Shown here: piece by piece, positions 1-14,351 of the stretch | Layout: each line of letters starts with the position of its first letter | Numbering within the stretch: the first letter of the stretch is position 1 | Assembly (NCBI RefSeq): GCF_964355755.1 | Contig: NC_092679.1 | Location: forward strand, 20,505,432-20,569,431 | Direction of reading: 5' to 3' | DNA length: 64,000 nucleotides | DNA from: Antedon mediterranea | Taxonomy: Eukaryota; Animalia; Echinodermata | Program-made: the position numbers and the translations under genes | Notes under the pieces: model-generated | Databases searched by the model: none | Told to the model about the DNA's origin: nothing | The model's input: only the letters and a program-made list of their open reading frames with translations

Positions 1-191
1 AATTAATAAAAGTAGTATTAATAAATACTATATAGTATCCACTTAACATGGGTGTCCCTGAATAGGGGTTAGCAGTAGTATAAAAAACTATATTTTTTTT
101 TTATCATGGGAAATCGTCCCTTTATAGGAGTTTCTCCTAAAAAATGGTGTCCTAAAATAAGCAATTCGATAATAATTAGAATCTGCCAAAC

Positions 192-1873
192 CTTGTCATT
201 AACAAACTTCTGTGTTCCTCCAAATAAACCAAGAAGAAGACCTGCTTTCACCATTTCATGACCATATATGGCAGGGCACAATGACCTAAGACAAAAATGA
301 TACATTTACATACACACGCTATAAATACTCTTGACAGAATGCGGCAGAAGAACAGAGCTGATATTGGCACAAGTGTGATTCAGAGGATCAAATACTCCTG
401 CACTCGGATGGCACTCTTTGAGAGAGAATGCCATGCCATGGCATATCTTGATCCTTCTTTTTTAAAGTCATAATTTCTGTGCCAACAATTAAACGTACCC
501 TACAATCAACTGAAATAGATTCTCCTGCGACTGTATCTCTTGGATGGCGTATAACTCTTTGATGGTGAAGTCAGAGTTTGAACTGGTTGATGCTGCGGAG
601 CCTTCTGAAGCCTTGTTATTGCTCTTTGAGTTTGTTACGCTGTTGGCATGAAGGTATAAAAGAAACATACATTTGTCTTTACTGTGCCTGCCACTACCTG
701 AAAAAAACAATTGATTAAATGAATTGATCATTTTACTGCAGCACAAACGGAAATAATTGTTATTCCTATTTTTAAAAATTTCATTTCATACACAACTTGC
801 CAATAACCGGATAAACTTATCTCACTTATAAACTCTTTTGAGGCTTAGTGAGTGGCAAAGGAGTTACAACCCTAGGTCAGGATTGAACCCAGGATTCTGG
901 GATTGGAAGGCAAGCATGTTAATCAACAAGCTACAGCTCCAGTTATTACTACAGCCTCTCACAAAAATCATTGAAGACTTACGTTCAATCGCGTCAGAAA
1001 CTTTTATGATTCCATTAATAGTCACATTGTCGCCAGGAATGCAGCTGTCAACTGTAAAAAGATTATATTATTATTATATATTAATCTTTAATTTGTTATT
1101 AATTAGTGTTTAATTATAGTAGCCTTAAGCTCTTACACTATCAAACTTTATGTGACAAAATGATGTGATGTGGCATATATGGACAAGCTGTCATATCACT
1201 ACCGCATTTGGGCACATCACTCTTTTTTTGTCAAACAAATTTGATAGTGTAGACAGAGCTTCAATCAGCCAAATAGTTGAACTCATTTAAGTTCATGTTA
1301 TTTTACCCAAGTCATTGACGAGTTCACATTCAATAGTCCTCGGAATTCTACCCGCTTCTCTTTTATCGTCAGTCATCATCTCTTGAACTTTGATCATCTG
1401 CCAGTCAACCGTCTCTGTGTGAGCGGAACTCCGTTTTGGGATGAAAGAGCGCGACTTGCATTCTGGTGCTAAACACTATGGTAAAAATTATAACAGTTCT
1501 AATGAAAACTAAAATTTAGCTAAATTGTCCTGTGTATTGAATGTGCCGAAATTTAGGGAAGGGCGGGGGTAAGAATATGCCTATGGGTTTTAAGCCAAGG
1601 TGAAAAGGAATGCTAAAACTCCACTCCTAAAGACTTGTAATAAGACTTTATGTAGAACATCTTGCATATATGTTTGTCTTGTGAACAGGATTGCCACCTT
1701 TAAAGCTCTGTCTACACTATCAAACTAGTTTGGCAAAAAAGTGTAATGTGTCCAAATATGGTAGAGATGATCATCATGTCTATATATGGGCACATCACAT
1801 TTTTTTGTCACATAAAGTTTGATAGTGTAGACAGAGCTTATGAAGGATAGTGAATGAACTTTCTTATGGTTAT

Positions 1874-1948
<75 letters not shown>

Positions 1949-4900
1949 ACAAAACAAATAAATTGATAAAGAATCACCTTAGTAGGCAGTGTATATCGTC
2001 CATCAGGCAAACTTAAAACCTGAATATCTCCACAATGGTTGCACTGGAATGCCATCCTGGTACAAATTGGTTTAATGTTACCAACACGGACAACTGTGCC
2101 TTTAATTGCCAGGAATCTTCCTGAAATCAATCAATTATAAAAAAGTATATATTAGTACTTAATATAATTCCATGCTTCCCAAATAACAAAAAATAAATCC
2201 CAAATTTAGGGTAAATTTGAGTAAATCCATTGTAGATGCAATCCGAGTATAATTCCACATCCAAATGTCATACCCACATATGTATAAATATAGTAAATGT
2301 GTTTTTTTATATGTTTAGAAGTATATTCTGAACCCTTCTAAAAGAATTTAAAGATAAATAAAAAAAATCTCACCGCAATAACTAGCCTTGATATGTTTCA
2401 GCTGTGTGACTGGTTCATAGTGTAGAATTCTATAAAATAAATATTTAACTTAAAGCTCTGTCTACACTATCAAACTAGTTTGCCCATATACTGTATGGAC
2501 ACAATGATGTCATATCATTACCATATTTGGAAACAATAGTTTGATAGTGGAAAAAGAGCTTATATACTATTTTATAAAGGCATATAACCAATAGCAATTA
2601 TTTTACTGTCCTCAAATACAGGCACCAATCCATTCTTTTATAACAAGTCTTTGGGAAAGGAGTTGTTTTTCGTTATGAACAAAATCCTGACATCTGACAC
2701 AGGATTTGAACCAAGGATTTGTAGCGGAGGATGTAAACCACCAAGTTACACTAAAAACTTATTATGTCTGTACCTTGCATGGATGATTGGTAAACTGACA
2801 ATTATTGGAGGAGAAGTTGACATACTGCCATTTGCATCGTCTTCTGATTGTGATTGGTTTTGAAGTATAGCAGCTTGTCTTTCAAGATCTTCAGTTAATA
2901 CCTACAGACGACAAATGTAAACAATTAAAAGTTTCAAGGGTTGTACTTTAATGTATGTGTAATAAAATCTGAGGTCTGTTTCTCCAGACCTGTTACAGCG
3001 CAGGTAAGTAGCCTCTCAATTGTCATAAAGCTCAATGCTAGAAACCAGCAAGTTGACTGCAATGATGCAGTAGCCTAGCTGAGGCTCTTCTAGATCTGCT
3101 ACAGCGCAGGTAAGTAGCCTCTCAATTGTCACAAAGCTCAATGCTAGAAACCAGCAAGTTGACTGCAATGATGCAGTAGCCTAGCTGAGGCTCTTCTAGA
3201 TCTGCTACAGCGCAGGTAAGTAGCCTCTCACTTGTCACAAAGCTCAATGCTAGAAACCAATTTTACAGCAACAGTAGCCTAGCTTAGGCCCCTTTCTCTA
3301 GACCTGTTACAGCACAGGTAAGTAACCTCTCATAAAGCTCAATGCTAAAAACCAATTTTACAGCAACAGTAGCCTAGCTTAGGCCCCTTTCTCTAGACCT
3401 GCTACAGCACAGGTAAGTAAGCTCTCATAAAGCTCAATGCTAGAAACCAAAATCTACTGCAAATATATGCTGCAGTAGCCTAGCTGAAGCTCCTTTCACT
3501 ATAGCACAGATAACTTAGGGTCTCAATTTTCGCCTCAATACCAAAACCTAGCATAGTTCACTTTTTCTAGAGCTCAGAGCTGATAATAGTGGATTTAATT
3601 AATAGAGCTCAATGCCAATCCAGCAAGTCGACTTTATAATATCAATTTGGATAACTCTTAATATCCAATATCTCTTTCACAAGTACTCCTTGATCGATAG
3701 ACCAAGACAGACATGCTTCACAGATGTGGTTCATGAGGAATCAGTCAACTCTTTCAAATACGTACCTGATGGATGGCTAGACCAAGGCAACTGATGATCT
3801 TCTCTGGCATGTCACGGAGCTCTGTGATGAGGTCAGGCAGTTGGCCAAGTATGTCCTCATCCTTAAGTAACTCATGATACCCCACAGAAATACAACCATT
3901 CCTTTCAATTCCATCCTGTTTTTGAAAAATATTTTAAAGTACATTTTCTAAGTGGAAAATGACCCCCTTAATGAGAATATGCTACAAAAACTTGTCTTGC
4001 AGTTTAAAAATTACCTTAGCCAGGTGGGTGTATTTTCATGAGATATCTCAAGATAAATCATGTATGATTCCACCAAACTTTCGAGTTAAAATAACTATTG
4101 TGAGGCATTTGATAAACAGGCAAACTGCCTTAAAATGTCTTGACATGTTTCGAGAAACTATTCTCATCATCAAAACAGAAAACAGTGCATAGAGTATATA
4201 CCAATAGGACAGGTTGTATGTAAATGAGGAAGTAATTATCGTGATAAAACACCTAGGAACATAGACAACAAGATATGTTTACAATACAGTCAACCCCTAT
4301 TCAAGGGACACCTCTATTAAAGTGACATTTTATTGGATCATAAAAGTGTCCCCCTAACAAGCATTTTAGTACTTACTTTATCATAGGAATGTAGTCTATT
4401 TTTGAAGAACGTTTCAAACTGTTTGACCTTTGATACTGTAGGTGATGCAAAGCTGTAAACTAATGAATTACAGGTAGTAAAGTAATCTCACATACATGTA
4501 ACTCTTTGGTTAATCATAAAAGTACAATGACCTTTCATTTGTTTACCTATATAAATATTAAAATCAACGAATAATTAATAAATTTTGATAAATATAGTGT
4601 TGATAATGGCTTACAAAATGAATTACAAACCACAGTAGAAATAACTTTGTTTTAAAAAAAAAAGAAAAAGTAGATTTATATTTATTACATCATGAAATTA
4701 TTTATAGTTTGTTCTTAAGAGAAATGTATATTATATATCATTATTATTTAAAAAGTGTTATTATTTTAAGCTATTTTAAATTGAAATATGAAAGTGTTCA
4801 ATAAAAGCACTGTTTTTTATATAATGTTTTTTTTTAATCTTGAATTATTTATAGAACTTTTATCATCTGTTTATTTAGTAAGTAATAACTATTTATTTGA

Positions 4901-7900
4901 ATAAGAAAGTTTTATGTTTAATTAAATTATTTTTTAGTTGAAATATGCTATAAAAGAAAAAATTGACAACAAATTATTTATAGACTTTGTTTTTAAGAGA
5001 AAAGAAAAAGTAGATTTATATTTATTACATTATGAAATTATTTATATTTTGTTCTTAAGAGAAATGTATATTGTGTATTACTATTAATAAGAAAGTGTTA
5101 TTATTTTAAGCTATTTTTTAAATTGAAAATATGAAAGTGTTCAATAAAAAAAAATAAAAAAAACTACAGTAGAATAGAACCTCTACGTTCAAAATGGGGA
5201 GGAGCTGATTATAATAGGTTGTGGTACTGTAGTTTCATTTTAGCTGTCAAAAGTGTTTCAAAGCAGGGATTTTACTTTATAAATAATTGTTTACAATATA
5301 ATCATTGTGCATATTAGTGTGGTATCGACCTTTAGAGGGTGGCCAATAAAAAAATGGCCTAAACATATCAACCGCCTGCGGGTGCCTGGATCTAGTACGG
5401 GTGACATATGGATGTCTGGGGCTTGCGCAGACGGTTGGGAGACACCAGAAATCAGAGCAGTTTAGCCACGGAATTGGCCATGGTGAAAAGATATGGCTAT
5501 TATAAGCAATACTATTGAATAAACGTATTATATATATAATACATTGGATTTGCCCCAAGCGGGAAAGAAGTTCTCAGAGAGTTCGCCATGCAAGACTGAT
5601 TAAAGAAGTCATGTGACACACAGAAGGCGACAACATTCTAAGGTGTTGGCACTTTGCATAACAACCAACACCTTGTATTGTAATCAAGTTGAAGTCTTTT
5701 GGTATAGCAGCATTGCATAATCTAGAAGTTTCATTGATTATCGCTTCTTGGAGATTGGACCGCTGCCAATATAATGAAAATGGCATCTCTTGAAAGGAAT
5801 GAGAGAGAAAGAGTTTGACAACTTGAAAGCTGAACTTGGTAAACACTATAAAGGTATGATTAACTGATAAATGTTTGCCATTTTTTAGACATAGCAAAAC
5901 TATTAGAGTTACAGAAGGCTGTTGATCTTGTAAGTCAGTATATGAAAGACCATGGTATTTACCTTACCGGAAACGACTGTTCAAGGCTTAAAAGACATTA
6001 GAGAAGATACGTTAGATGAGACAATATCTTGCTATAAATTGAGAAATATTGCTGATTATTTACCAAATATTTGGGCAGTTATTTGTTATCTGGAAAGAGA
6101 TTTACGTTTAGAAGATAAACCTGATAAAATAAAACTTCTTACGGAACAAGCAAGACAAATACTACTATGCTGTAACAGTTGATTTGATTGTCAAAGTTTA
6201 AGAATACTGCAAGGAAATGTTCAGACAGTTTAAGGAACATTTTAGAAGTGTGAATCCATCTCTCACTTTTAAACGACATAAAACCCACAGTGAATCCAAA
6301 TACATCGCTTGTGTTTTCTGTGGATTCAGATAGTCGATCTGCCTAATCACAATAACAAAATTACAAATGAATAGAGAGATTTAGCAAACATTTTGGTTAA
6401 TCAATTGAAGAAGGTTTGTCAGTTGAAGACAGCGACCAACCACATGCTCTGGAAATCTTCTTCCACAATTTAGAACAGAAGAAAGCAGCTACCAAACATT
6501 GTTGCAATATTCTGGAAAAGTTTACATAATGCGCTCGACGATAAAGAGAGTGGAAAACAAAAAGAAGAGAACAAAAAGACAAAAAACACCAAACTAGCAC
6601 CCAAACCGGAGTATGGGGTTACACCATCACCGCTAACTGGGGATCTGTGTGTATGTACCCCAGTTAGCATCGGTTAAGTCTTGATCTTTTCAGGGGTCCG
6701 GTGCCTCCTAGCCTAGTATGAAAACAACAACAGGCAAGAAATCCTATTTTAAGAGTATTCATTTATATTTCAAGCAAGTAGGAGCGGGATATTTAGTGTT
6801 ATATCTAACTGCGTACAACCCTGAAGCATTAAACAACTTCTGGGAAGCGTATTGCAATAATGCTACAAAGAGATTTGGCAAAAATAGTAGCAGGGGAATT
6901 CCAGGAAGAATTTCAACGTGAGTTGCTTGGTGTTAAAATTAAATAACCGGATTTAAGATCTGCAATCAAAACAAAAAGCTGTAAGGGAGTTCCATGCAAG
7001 GGCGCCAATGGAGCGGGTCCACATTGACTTCCTGGGACCATTACCTTAGTCGGAGGCGGGTAATGTCCAGATCTTGATGATGGTGGACCAATTGTCAAAA
7101 TGGGTGGAAATTAGCCTGTTACCTTCACAGAGCAAGCCAATTCCAGTCTCGGCTGTGCCTATTATCCAATAATTAATAATGCTTATATTTTCTATCGTTT
7201 CAAAACCATGAGTGATTTCAAACCAGAAGGAAAGATGGTGGGGACGACCACACAGTTAGAGGAAACCTCGTCCGGGGGCCAAGCAGGTGCTCCGCTGGAG
7301 GAGGACCGGGGTGCTCAGAGCCAAGTGGTGACAATGGAGGAAGGAACAGCACCATCGACCGAGGTGGTTCTGTGCGTCTTTCCCGGATGTGCTGCCAGCG
7401 ACATCCAGCATTTTCCCCCTGTTTCCGGCTGCAATCGTGGAGTTCAGTGCCCTGAACGAGCTGGCCCAAAAAATTTCCTGTCAGGGTGCGGAACCACGGG
7501 AGTTGCTGATTACGCTTCAACAGATAAATCTAGCCCCCATGGACGTGTCCTGGGAATCGTTAGACATCAAAACCCAAGGGGGAAATGCTAAAACTGCACG
7601 GGATCTTTAAGGAGAGGGAGGAAGTCTTGCACGCACAGGTTAACAATCACACTGCTTTCCTCATGTCCAGACTCATGGGGACGGCAACTTTCACGGCCAT
7701 TGTCGAGCGGGCGGAGGCGAAGGTCCCAGTGCCTTCCCAGACGCCTGCCATACTGGGATCCGACAAGAAGGGGAGGAAGCGGCCTAAACATATCAACCGC
7801 TTGCGGGCGCCTGGATCTAGTACGGGTGACGTATGGACGTCTGCAGCATGCGTAGACGGTTGGGAGACACCAGAAATCGGGGCAGTTTAGCCACGGAATT

Positions 7901-8218
7901 TGCCGTAGTGACAAGGATTACAGGTATATATATTATACATTGGATTTGCCGCAAGCGGGAAAGAAGTTCCCAGAGTACCTGGTGTACTTTTACATATAGG
8001 CTAAATACAATATTACCTTCATCTGGAAAGTACAGTTTCCAGCCTTTATATGGTATCATTGCATCCAGAGCATTAGGCAATTGTCTTGAAATTATTGCTT
8101 GTCTTCCTCGTTGGCTTGAAGCTTGCTGGCTATATGATAAACGCCCTCCTCTTTTGTTTTGCATATTTCCTCGCCATCCTCCTCTTCTAGGCCTATCTCC
8201 ACCTTGTCCTTGGCTCAT
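192..8218 (-). CDS. MCM8: DNA helicase MCM8, first 10 coding exons; gene continues beyond the window start
   Basis: GT-AG exons in consistent phase: 8218-8017, 4459-4377, 3915-3766, 2901-2774, 2429-2374, 2120-1978, 1475-1307, 1051-983, 697-499, 285-192. The spliced protein shows PYKGWKLYF, ELRDMPEKIISCLGLAIHQ, GTVVRVGNIKP-CxxC, EAGRIPRTIECELV, KDKCMFLLYLHANS and SLCPAIYGHEMVKAGLLLGLFGG, matching MCM8 as I recall it. Confidence 0.95.
1127..1261. mobile_element. Palindromic MITE (~135 bp, AAGCTCTGTCTACACTATCAAAC termini); further copies at 1702-1840 and 2452-2562
   Basis: Long terminal inverted repeats are visible in three copies within MCM8 introns, flanked by TAA/TTA-like sites (PIF/Harbinger-like). 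Confidence 0.75.
1877..1946. repeat. (TA)n microsatellite
   Basis: Read directly from the sequence. Confidence 0.95.
2975..3500. repeat. Tandem minisatellite, ~105-bp unit, about 5 copies, in an MCM8 intron
   Basis: Recurrent ACAGCGCAGGTAAGTAGCCTCTC...AAAGCTCAATGCTAGAAACC...AGTAGCCTAGCT. Confidence 0.9.
5356..7975 (+). mobile_element. Decayed composite insertion in MCM8 intron 1, containing a Gypsy integrase fragment and bounded by ~200-bp direct repeats
   Basis: 5356-5580 is similar to 7781-7975. 6987-7130 translates EFHARAPMERVHIDFLGPLP*SEAGNVQILMMVDQLSKWVE, an integrase core with a stop at 7047-7049. Confidence 0.65.
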
Positions 8219-11200
8219 CTGTATGATTTGTTTGTAAAAAAGTACAGTAATTATATAATTATTGAGTTTTTTTTGTCTTGTGTATGTTCATCTCACTTTT
8301 ATTTAAATTCTCAGTGATTATTGGTTTTAATATAAGTACAGTAGTAGTGTATAATTTCAGTGGAGAGAGGTGGGGAGGGGGGGGTGGAGAGAGGTGGGAA
8401 GAACCTCTACTACTACTTAAATGTACAGGCACTACTCCTACTTTCCTACCTAGGCCTAGTCCACAGTTAGGCTCTTTTTGACTAGACTAGGCTATAGCTC
8501 CATGAAGGCTGGAGGCAAACGCTCTCCCACCTACTAGGCCTACTCTATTGTAGTAATGTACTACTACTTTTAGGCCTAGTAGGCCCTCTATATAATATAT
8601 TGATTATGCACGCCTACCTACTGTACACTAGGTCATAGCTAGGCCTCCTACGCATGGCCTGGTGCCACCACACACAACATGCAACCTACAACACCACGCG
8701 ACATAGGCCTACCTAGCCTTATTATTAGCTAGGGCCTAGTAGGCCTAGGCTAGGCCTAGTATAGTAGTAGTACGTCATAGTATAGGCCTAGCTAGACCTT
8801 GCCTACTAGTTACTAGTTAGGCCTAGTGCTAAAATGCGCACATATTAACTAATCATAACAAAATAATTGTTCATGCACCACTCTATATATCTTGAAGTTG
8901 GCATGGGATAGGACAATTGGAAAAATATCAACAACAAAACTGACTAGGCTGTCGTCAAAAACTCTAGACCTAGGCCTAGCCTAGCCTGCCCTCTGGCCCT
9001 CCTCCTCGTTTTCTCTCGACCGTCAAAAAATGTTTCATAATACGCGCGTTATTGATCCGATAGATGGCGCGCTATACCAAAAGCTCAAGTTAAGTTGATT
9101 AACTTATTAGACCAATAATCATAATGCTGTGAAAACGGCATTTGTATCGTTTATAAAAAAAAAACACTGTATACTTAACTGGAATTGTTTTTAAGAAGCT
9201 GCACTTACATATTATTTTCCAAAGATCATCTTATCATTTGTTTGGCTCAATGTTCGAACATTTGTAAAAGCGGCATGCCATCGACTATTATTTTAAGTGA
9301 CAAATAATATAAAAAGGTTTTTAATCGACCGATTATCGACAAGACAGTGGCGTCCACAAACATGACTGTCGGCTCAGCAATGATTAATTGATCCAACTTC
9401 TGATAACCGATACAGGGTGTCAATACAGGGTGTCAACACAGAGTGACAAAGACCGATAAGAACACGGGAACACTTGAAAAAGGCCTAACGCCGAGTGTGC
9501 AAAATCATCGTGAACATCGAATTACGAAACATCACGTGGACTTGAGGTCATTAACATTGTTGTCAATGTATATTTCCAATTATTAAAAAACCTTGTCATA
9601 ATGTGTTAGCCTACACTTTGATATGAACAATGAATTTCTTATCAAAATTCAGAGAAATAACATAAAATATGCGACGACGCTCGATGATGATGTATAATTG
9701 CCCTCACATGAAAAACAATGCCAGTCAAATGAGCCAAATTATCACTACTAATCTTGATCCTAATAACGGTTTTTGTTTTTTCTTTAATGTTATTTTTTTT
9801 TGTTTTCATGTTATTTCAATTATTATTGATTATTGTTATTTTATTACCTTTATATTATTACTGTACCATCATTATTACCATTGAATAAATTATATTGAAC
9901 TTTAAATGTAAATTATTGAACTTATAATAGAACGAATAATTGAATAGGCCATTTATCTATTGAATCCTACAGTCACAGTTTATTCACTACTGTAGACAAA
10001 CAAACAAAAATAATGCTTTCACTTATAAAATGACAAAACGGTTAAAAATAATTCAACTAAAAGCCCATTGGCTGGCAGCCAAATTAACTATTTTTTGCGT
10101 TAAATAATTAGGTTTTTTTCAGGTAAATAATTATTTTTTTTCGATTTAATTTTAATTCAAAGTGAATTACTATTATGTGACATTAAAATGGAATATTCCA
10201 CAAATATTTTGTTACGGGGACAATAATAATATCTTGTTAAACAAACTCAATTTCCAGATAATAAAAAACAGTTCCATGTTTTGTTTTTTTTAAACATAAT
10301 TTAGCAGTTGTATACCGTACGTACTGATACAGTACCGGATTAAATAATACAAGTTAAACCTTTATATGCAAAATGCAAATTTTATTAGTACACTCCATAA
10401 AAACAAAAAACTCAAAAGTTACAGCTAAATTTACAGCGTCTATCTTGATAGTTCAACATTTGTGAGAAGCTCCAATGGACCTATGAATCACCCCAATCCC
10501 GGCCCTCCCATGCTTGGATGTTGCTAAAAGTTAATCAAACATGACTGGAATAGATGAATACGGTATAAGTAGGCCTATAAAAAGCCTCTTGAATGCGAAC
10601 TGTGGTAAATTCAGTTCCGGTGTAAGATTTAAATCTGTCCGGTGTTTGAAAGTGTCCACTGGACAATTTTCAGCATTGAATATTGTAATACTAGCTGTTG
10701 AAAATGGCCGCAACCACCCGGGCAGCTTTCATCGATAAAAAAGTAGGACCATCGAGACATCGACATCATATTAACCCCGTAAAAACTAGGGCACTGGACG
10801 TTCACCAACTCCCGTTAGGGTAATTATAATTCCTTAGAATACCAACTTGAATCGCAAAATATCAAGTGGATTGAAATAAATATTACTATTATTATATCTG
10901 GAGACATATAGTCTAATCAAATTAAATTGTTTGTTTTTGATTGAGTATATACAACCTGTTGTCAATTTGAAGTAAATCGACAACTTGAAAAATATATAGC
11001 CTACTGTATTATTATTTCGAGGGAATGAATATCACTAAATCATATAGGCATAGGGCCTACCTATTTCGTTATCTCGAAATATTATTTCATTCGAAATTCG
11101 AATTACTACTTCGCGAGAGAACGAAATAATTTCCCTCGAAATTATTTCGTTCTCTCGATCATCATCATCATCATCATCATCATTCCTTGTCTCGAAGTAG

Positions 11201-11830
11201 TAATTCGTTTTTTATATTATTCAGTTCTTGAAATCTTATTTTGTTCTCCCTAAATATATTCGTTCCCTCAAAATATTTTTCAGTTCTCAAAATATTATTT
11301 TGTAATATTCATAATACTGCTACTAATTTAATAATATCAACTGATAACAAAAGTTCTTTAAACAAGTAAGTTCGTCATTGTTAAAGTCAGTTCTTTTTCA
11401 TTATATTTTTTTCACAGATGCCTGATTTTTGTTTTTATTTAATAAAACATTGAATTGGTTAGTCACAATATTTGCTTTGTTTCTAGAGACTTTACATTAT
11501 TTATTTATTTATCTAAAATACATTTGAAAAATATTGTTGATGCATATTACCAAAAAATATTTGTTTTTTATATTTTATATGGCAAAATAAACACCTTAAT
11601 TGCGCATCCTAATTATTCGTTCACTCAAGGGTATTTCGGTTTTTTGTTTTTTTCGAATATTAGGGTATTTCGTTCCCAATACAAACAGTCCAATACCGTT
11701 ATACATCAAATTCATAGAATAATGGCTTATATTGAAATGAAGCGTTTAAAACGTCTTTGCCACAATGTCTGTACATGCAGCTGAGTTTAAAAAATCGCGG
11801 TTGTATTTTTGTTTTATATGGACATATAAA

Positions 11831-12810
11831 CATAGAAACCACCAGCTAATACCAGAAATACCAACAGCTTATGTATCAATTTTTAAAATCAACACCAGCT
11901 AATTTAGAACGGTCAGCAGATAATGTAGTAACGAAAATTGCCTCACAGCTAATGTTGAAAATATTGTATAATTTAAAAACCTGTCTACATCATGTGAAAA
12001 TGCATTTCTTTACTTACTGGTAGCTATCCATCTATCCGCGTCTCGTAAGTGACCAACCAACAACCACTTCTAGTAAGTAACCACCTCTATTGAACGACCA
12101 CCGTCTCTGATAATCGCCCACCATCTCTTAACGACCACACCACTCGTCAAGGACGAGCTATTTTAAAGGACCACCACCTCGGCTTCTCATAATCAACCTC
12201 ATGACGGACTACCTCTCTTAACGACCACGCCTAAAGTGTCGACCTCTCTATAAAAAAAAACGTCCACCTCTCCACTGGGACCACTTCTCATAATCGACTA
12301 CCATCCGTAACGACCACCTTTCGCAAATTACCACCTCTATTGAGGTGGTCACTTACGGGAGGTGTAGTCGGTAAAAGAAGTGGTCGTCTACGAGCGGTGG
12401 TAGTTTATGAAAAGCAGTCCCTTATGAGAGGAGGTTACCCCTTCAGGAAGTTGTCCATTGTGAGAAGCGGTCCTTTAACAGAGGTAGTCCCTTTTAAATA
12501 TTAAAGGTGGTCGCTAACAAGGGTAGTTGCTTACGATCAGAGTGCTACGTTTTGAAAGCCGATCACTTACGAGAGGTGGATAGACTGACAGCTAAACTAA
12601 GTAGAGAAATACATTTGCACATGATTTAGACATTTAGGTTTGTAAAATATATAATTATTATTTTATTAGCTGGCGATATTAACTACATCAGCTGTGAGGC
12701 AATTTTCGTTACTTCATTACCTGTTGAGTTGTATATTAGCTAATGTTGATTTTTATTTAATAAATAACTGTTGGTGTTTCTACATTAGCTAGTTCTAGGT
12801 TTTACTACAT
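11831..12810. mobile_element. ~1-kb foldback/MITE-like inverted-repeat element; a half copy lies at ~15770-16500
   Basis: 11831-12060 is the diverged reverse complement of 12560-12810. Internal GACCACCTCTC-type subrepeats switch orientation near 12340. Confidence 0.75.
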
Positions 12811-14351
12811 GGGTGGATTTGACAGTTTCGACGACATTTGCTGCCGTTTTCTACACTAGCGGTTTTGAACAGGGACTAGTGTAAAGGAAATGCCACAAGT
12901 TGTGTTTTTTTTTTTTTTTTATTTATTGTTTTGTGTACTAAAGTGGCAGCATAATCAGTATTTATTTTTACCAGATGTCCAGCAAGGGTAATGTCCCATA
13001 ACTCAGGCCACAATTGTCAGGTCAACCTCAAAACAGCGGCTCTCGGGAGATATTAATTACCGGTAGTCGTGTTAACTGTCATCTGTTATTTGTCAGGAGA
13101 AGGGGTGCGAACTTGCCATATCTCAAATTAAGATTACGCTTACCATGAATATGATTTCATTACAAGAATTATATACCACAGTATGTTACGTAATTTAATT
13201 CTCTTATTTTAAAAAATAACTAAATAAATTAGTATATGATTCTAGTATAAGTATTATAAAAAATGTTTCTTTTTAATATACAGGGAGCGGGGGTTGCCTC
13301 AAAGCCTGAACGGTTTTAATACGAACTTATGTACTATAATATTATTTTACGTAGATTACTATTTAATATTATTTTATTTATTTAACAACATATTTATACA
13401 GGATTATACACAATCAAGTAGAAATATACTTGTTTTGCATTGTGGTCCTGTCGACAAAAACGGATACAAATTTAAATACAATTTCAATTAATATTATAAT
13501 ATAATTTGAGATGAACGTATAATATGTAATAAAGAATAACTATATGATTATATTTTATACTCCTATCTGAATGTGCTATTTATTGTGTAATAGAACGACT
13601 GAAGCGTTTACCAATAAGAGTATCTTCGAAATTTAATTTAATAAATGGCATTTCCCTCCAATAGTTTTTTTCTCTCATTTTTTGTGTACTTGCCACTGTA
13701 ATAAATTACCATTCCCTAACCATGAACATTCTAGAATAAGATGTTTACATTTAAGACATCATGTATAATTAATATAATAACAATCAGGAACATTCCAGTA
13801 TGCTATTAATAGAAACTGTAATCAAATAGAATAAGAAGTATAAAGAATGATATAGAAGGATAGGAACATCTTGTATATAAAGGGATGTAAAACTATTGTC
13901 ATGTTGTTGGATATTAGAGGTTGGATATTAGATTGTAAAAGTTATTGTGAAGCTGTTGTTTAAAGTGCTTACTGGGTTGTTGAAAGTTGAAGTTGATTGA
14001 AATTAAAGATTTGTTTTTGAGTTATTTTACAACTTTGTGGATTTGGTGTGTATACTTTTATGTCACAAGGGAGTTTCTAAAGTATTTTCAACCGCTCGGA
14101 AACATACGTAAAAGGAGTTCGTGACATCCACTTAAGGCACAAAGTTTAAATTATAGGCCTACACCTGACAAAACTGTTTGCTCTTTCTTCTAATCGGCAA
14201 TTGGTTAAAACAAATGTAGCAAGAAGCTGATTGGCTCAATGTTTGTTCAAAACCTCCTACATTTAAAAAATCATTCACTTTGCTTGCAAAGTTCCAATCA
14301 CGGTGTTGTTCGTTACAATCTGCCTTCTTTCTATTTTTACTTATTATCATT

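Noticed and set aside
5952-6600. Possible P-element-like transposase fragments
   Set aside because: Only a vague resemblance with no diagnostic motif; cannot be supported without a search.
9040-9075. E2F-like CGCG motifs as the MCM8 promoter
   Set aside because: The position is plausible, but the motifs are short and there is no TSS evidence.
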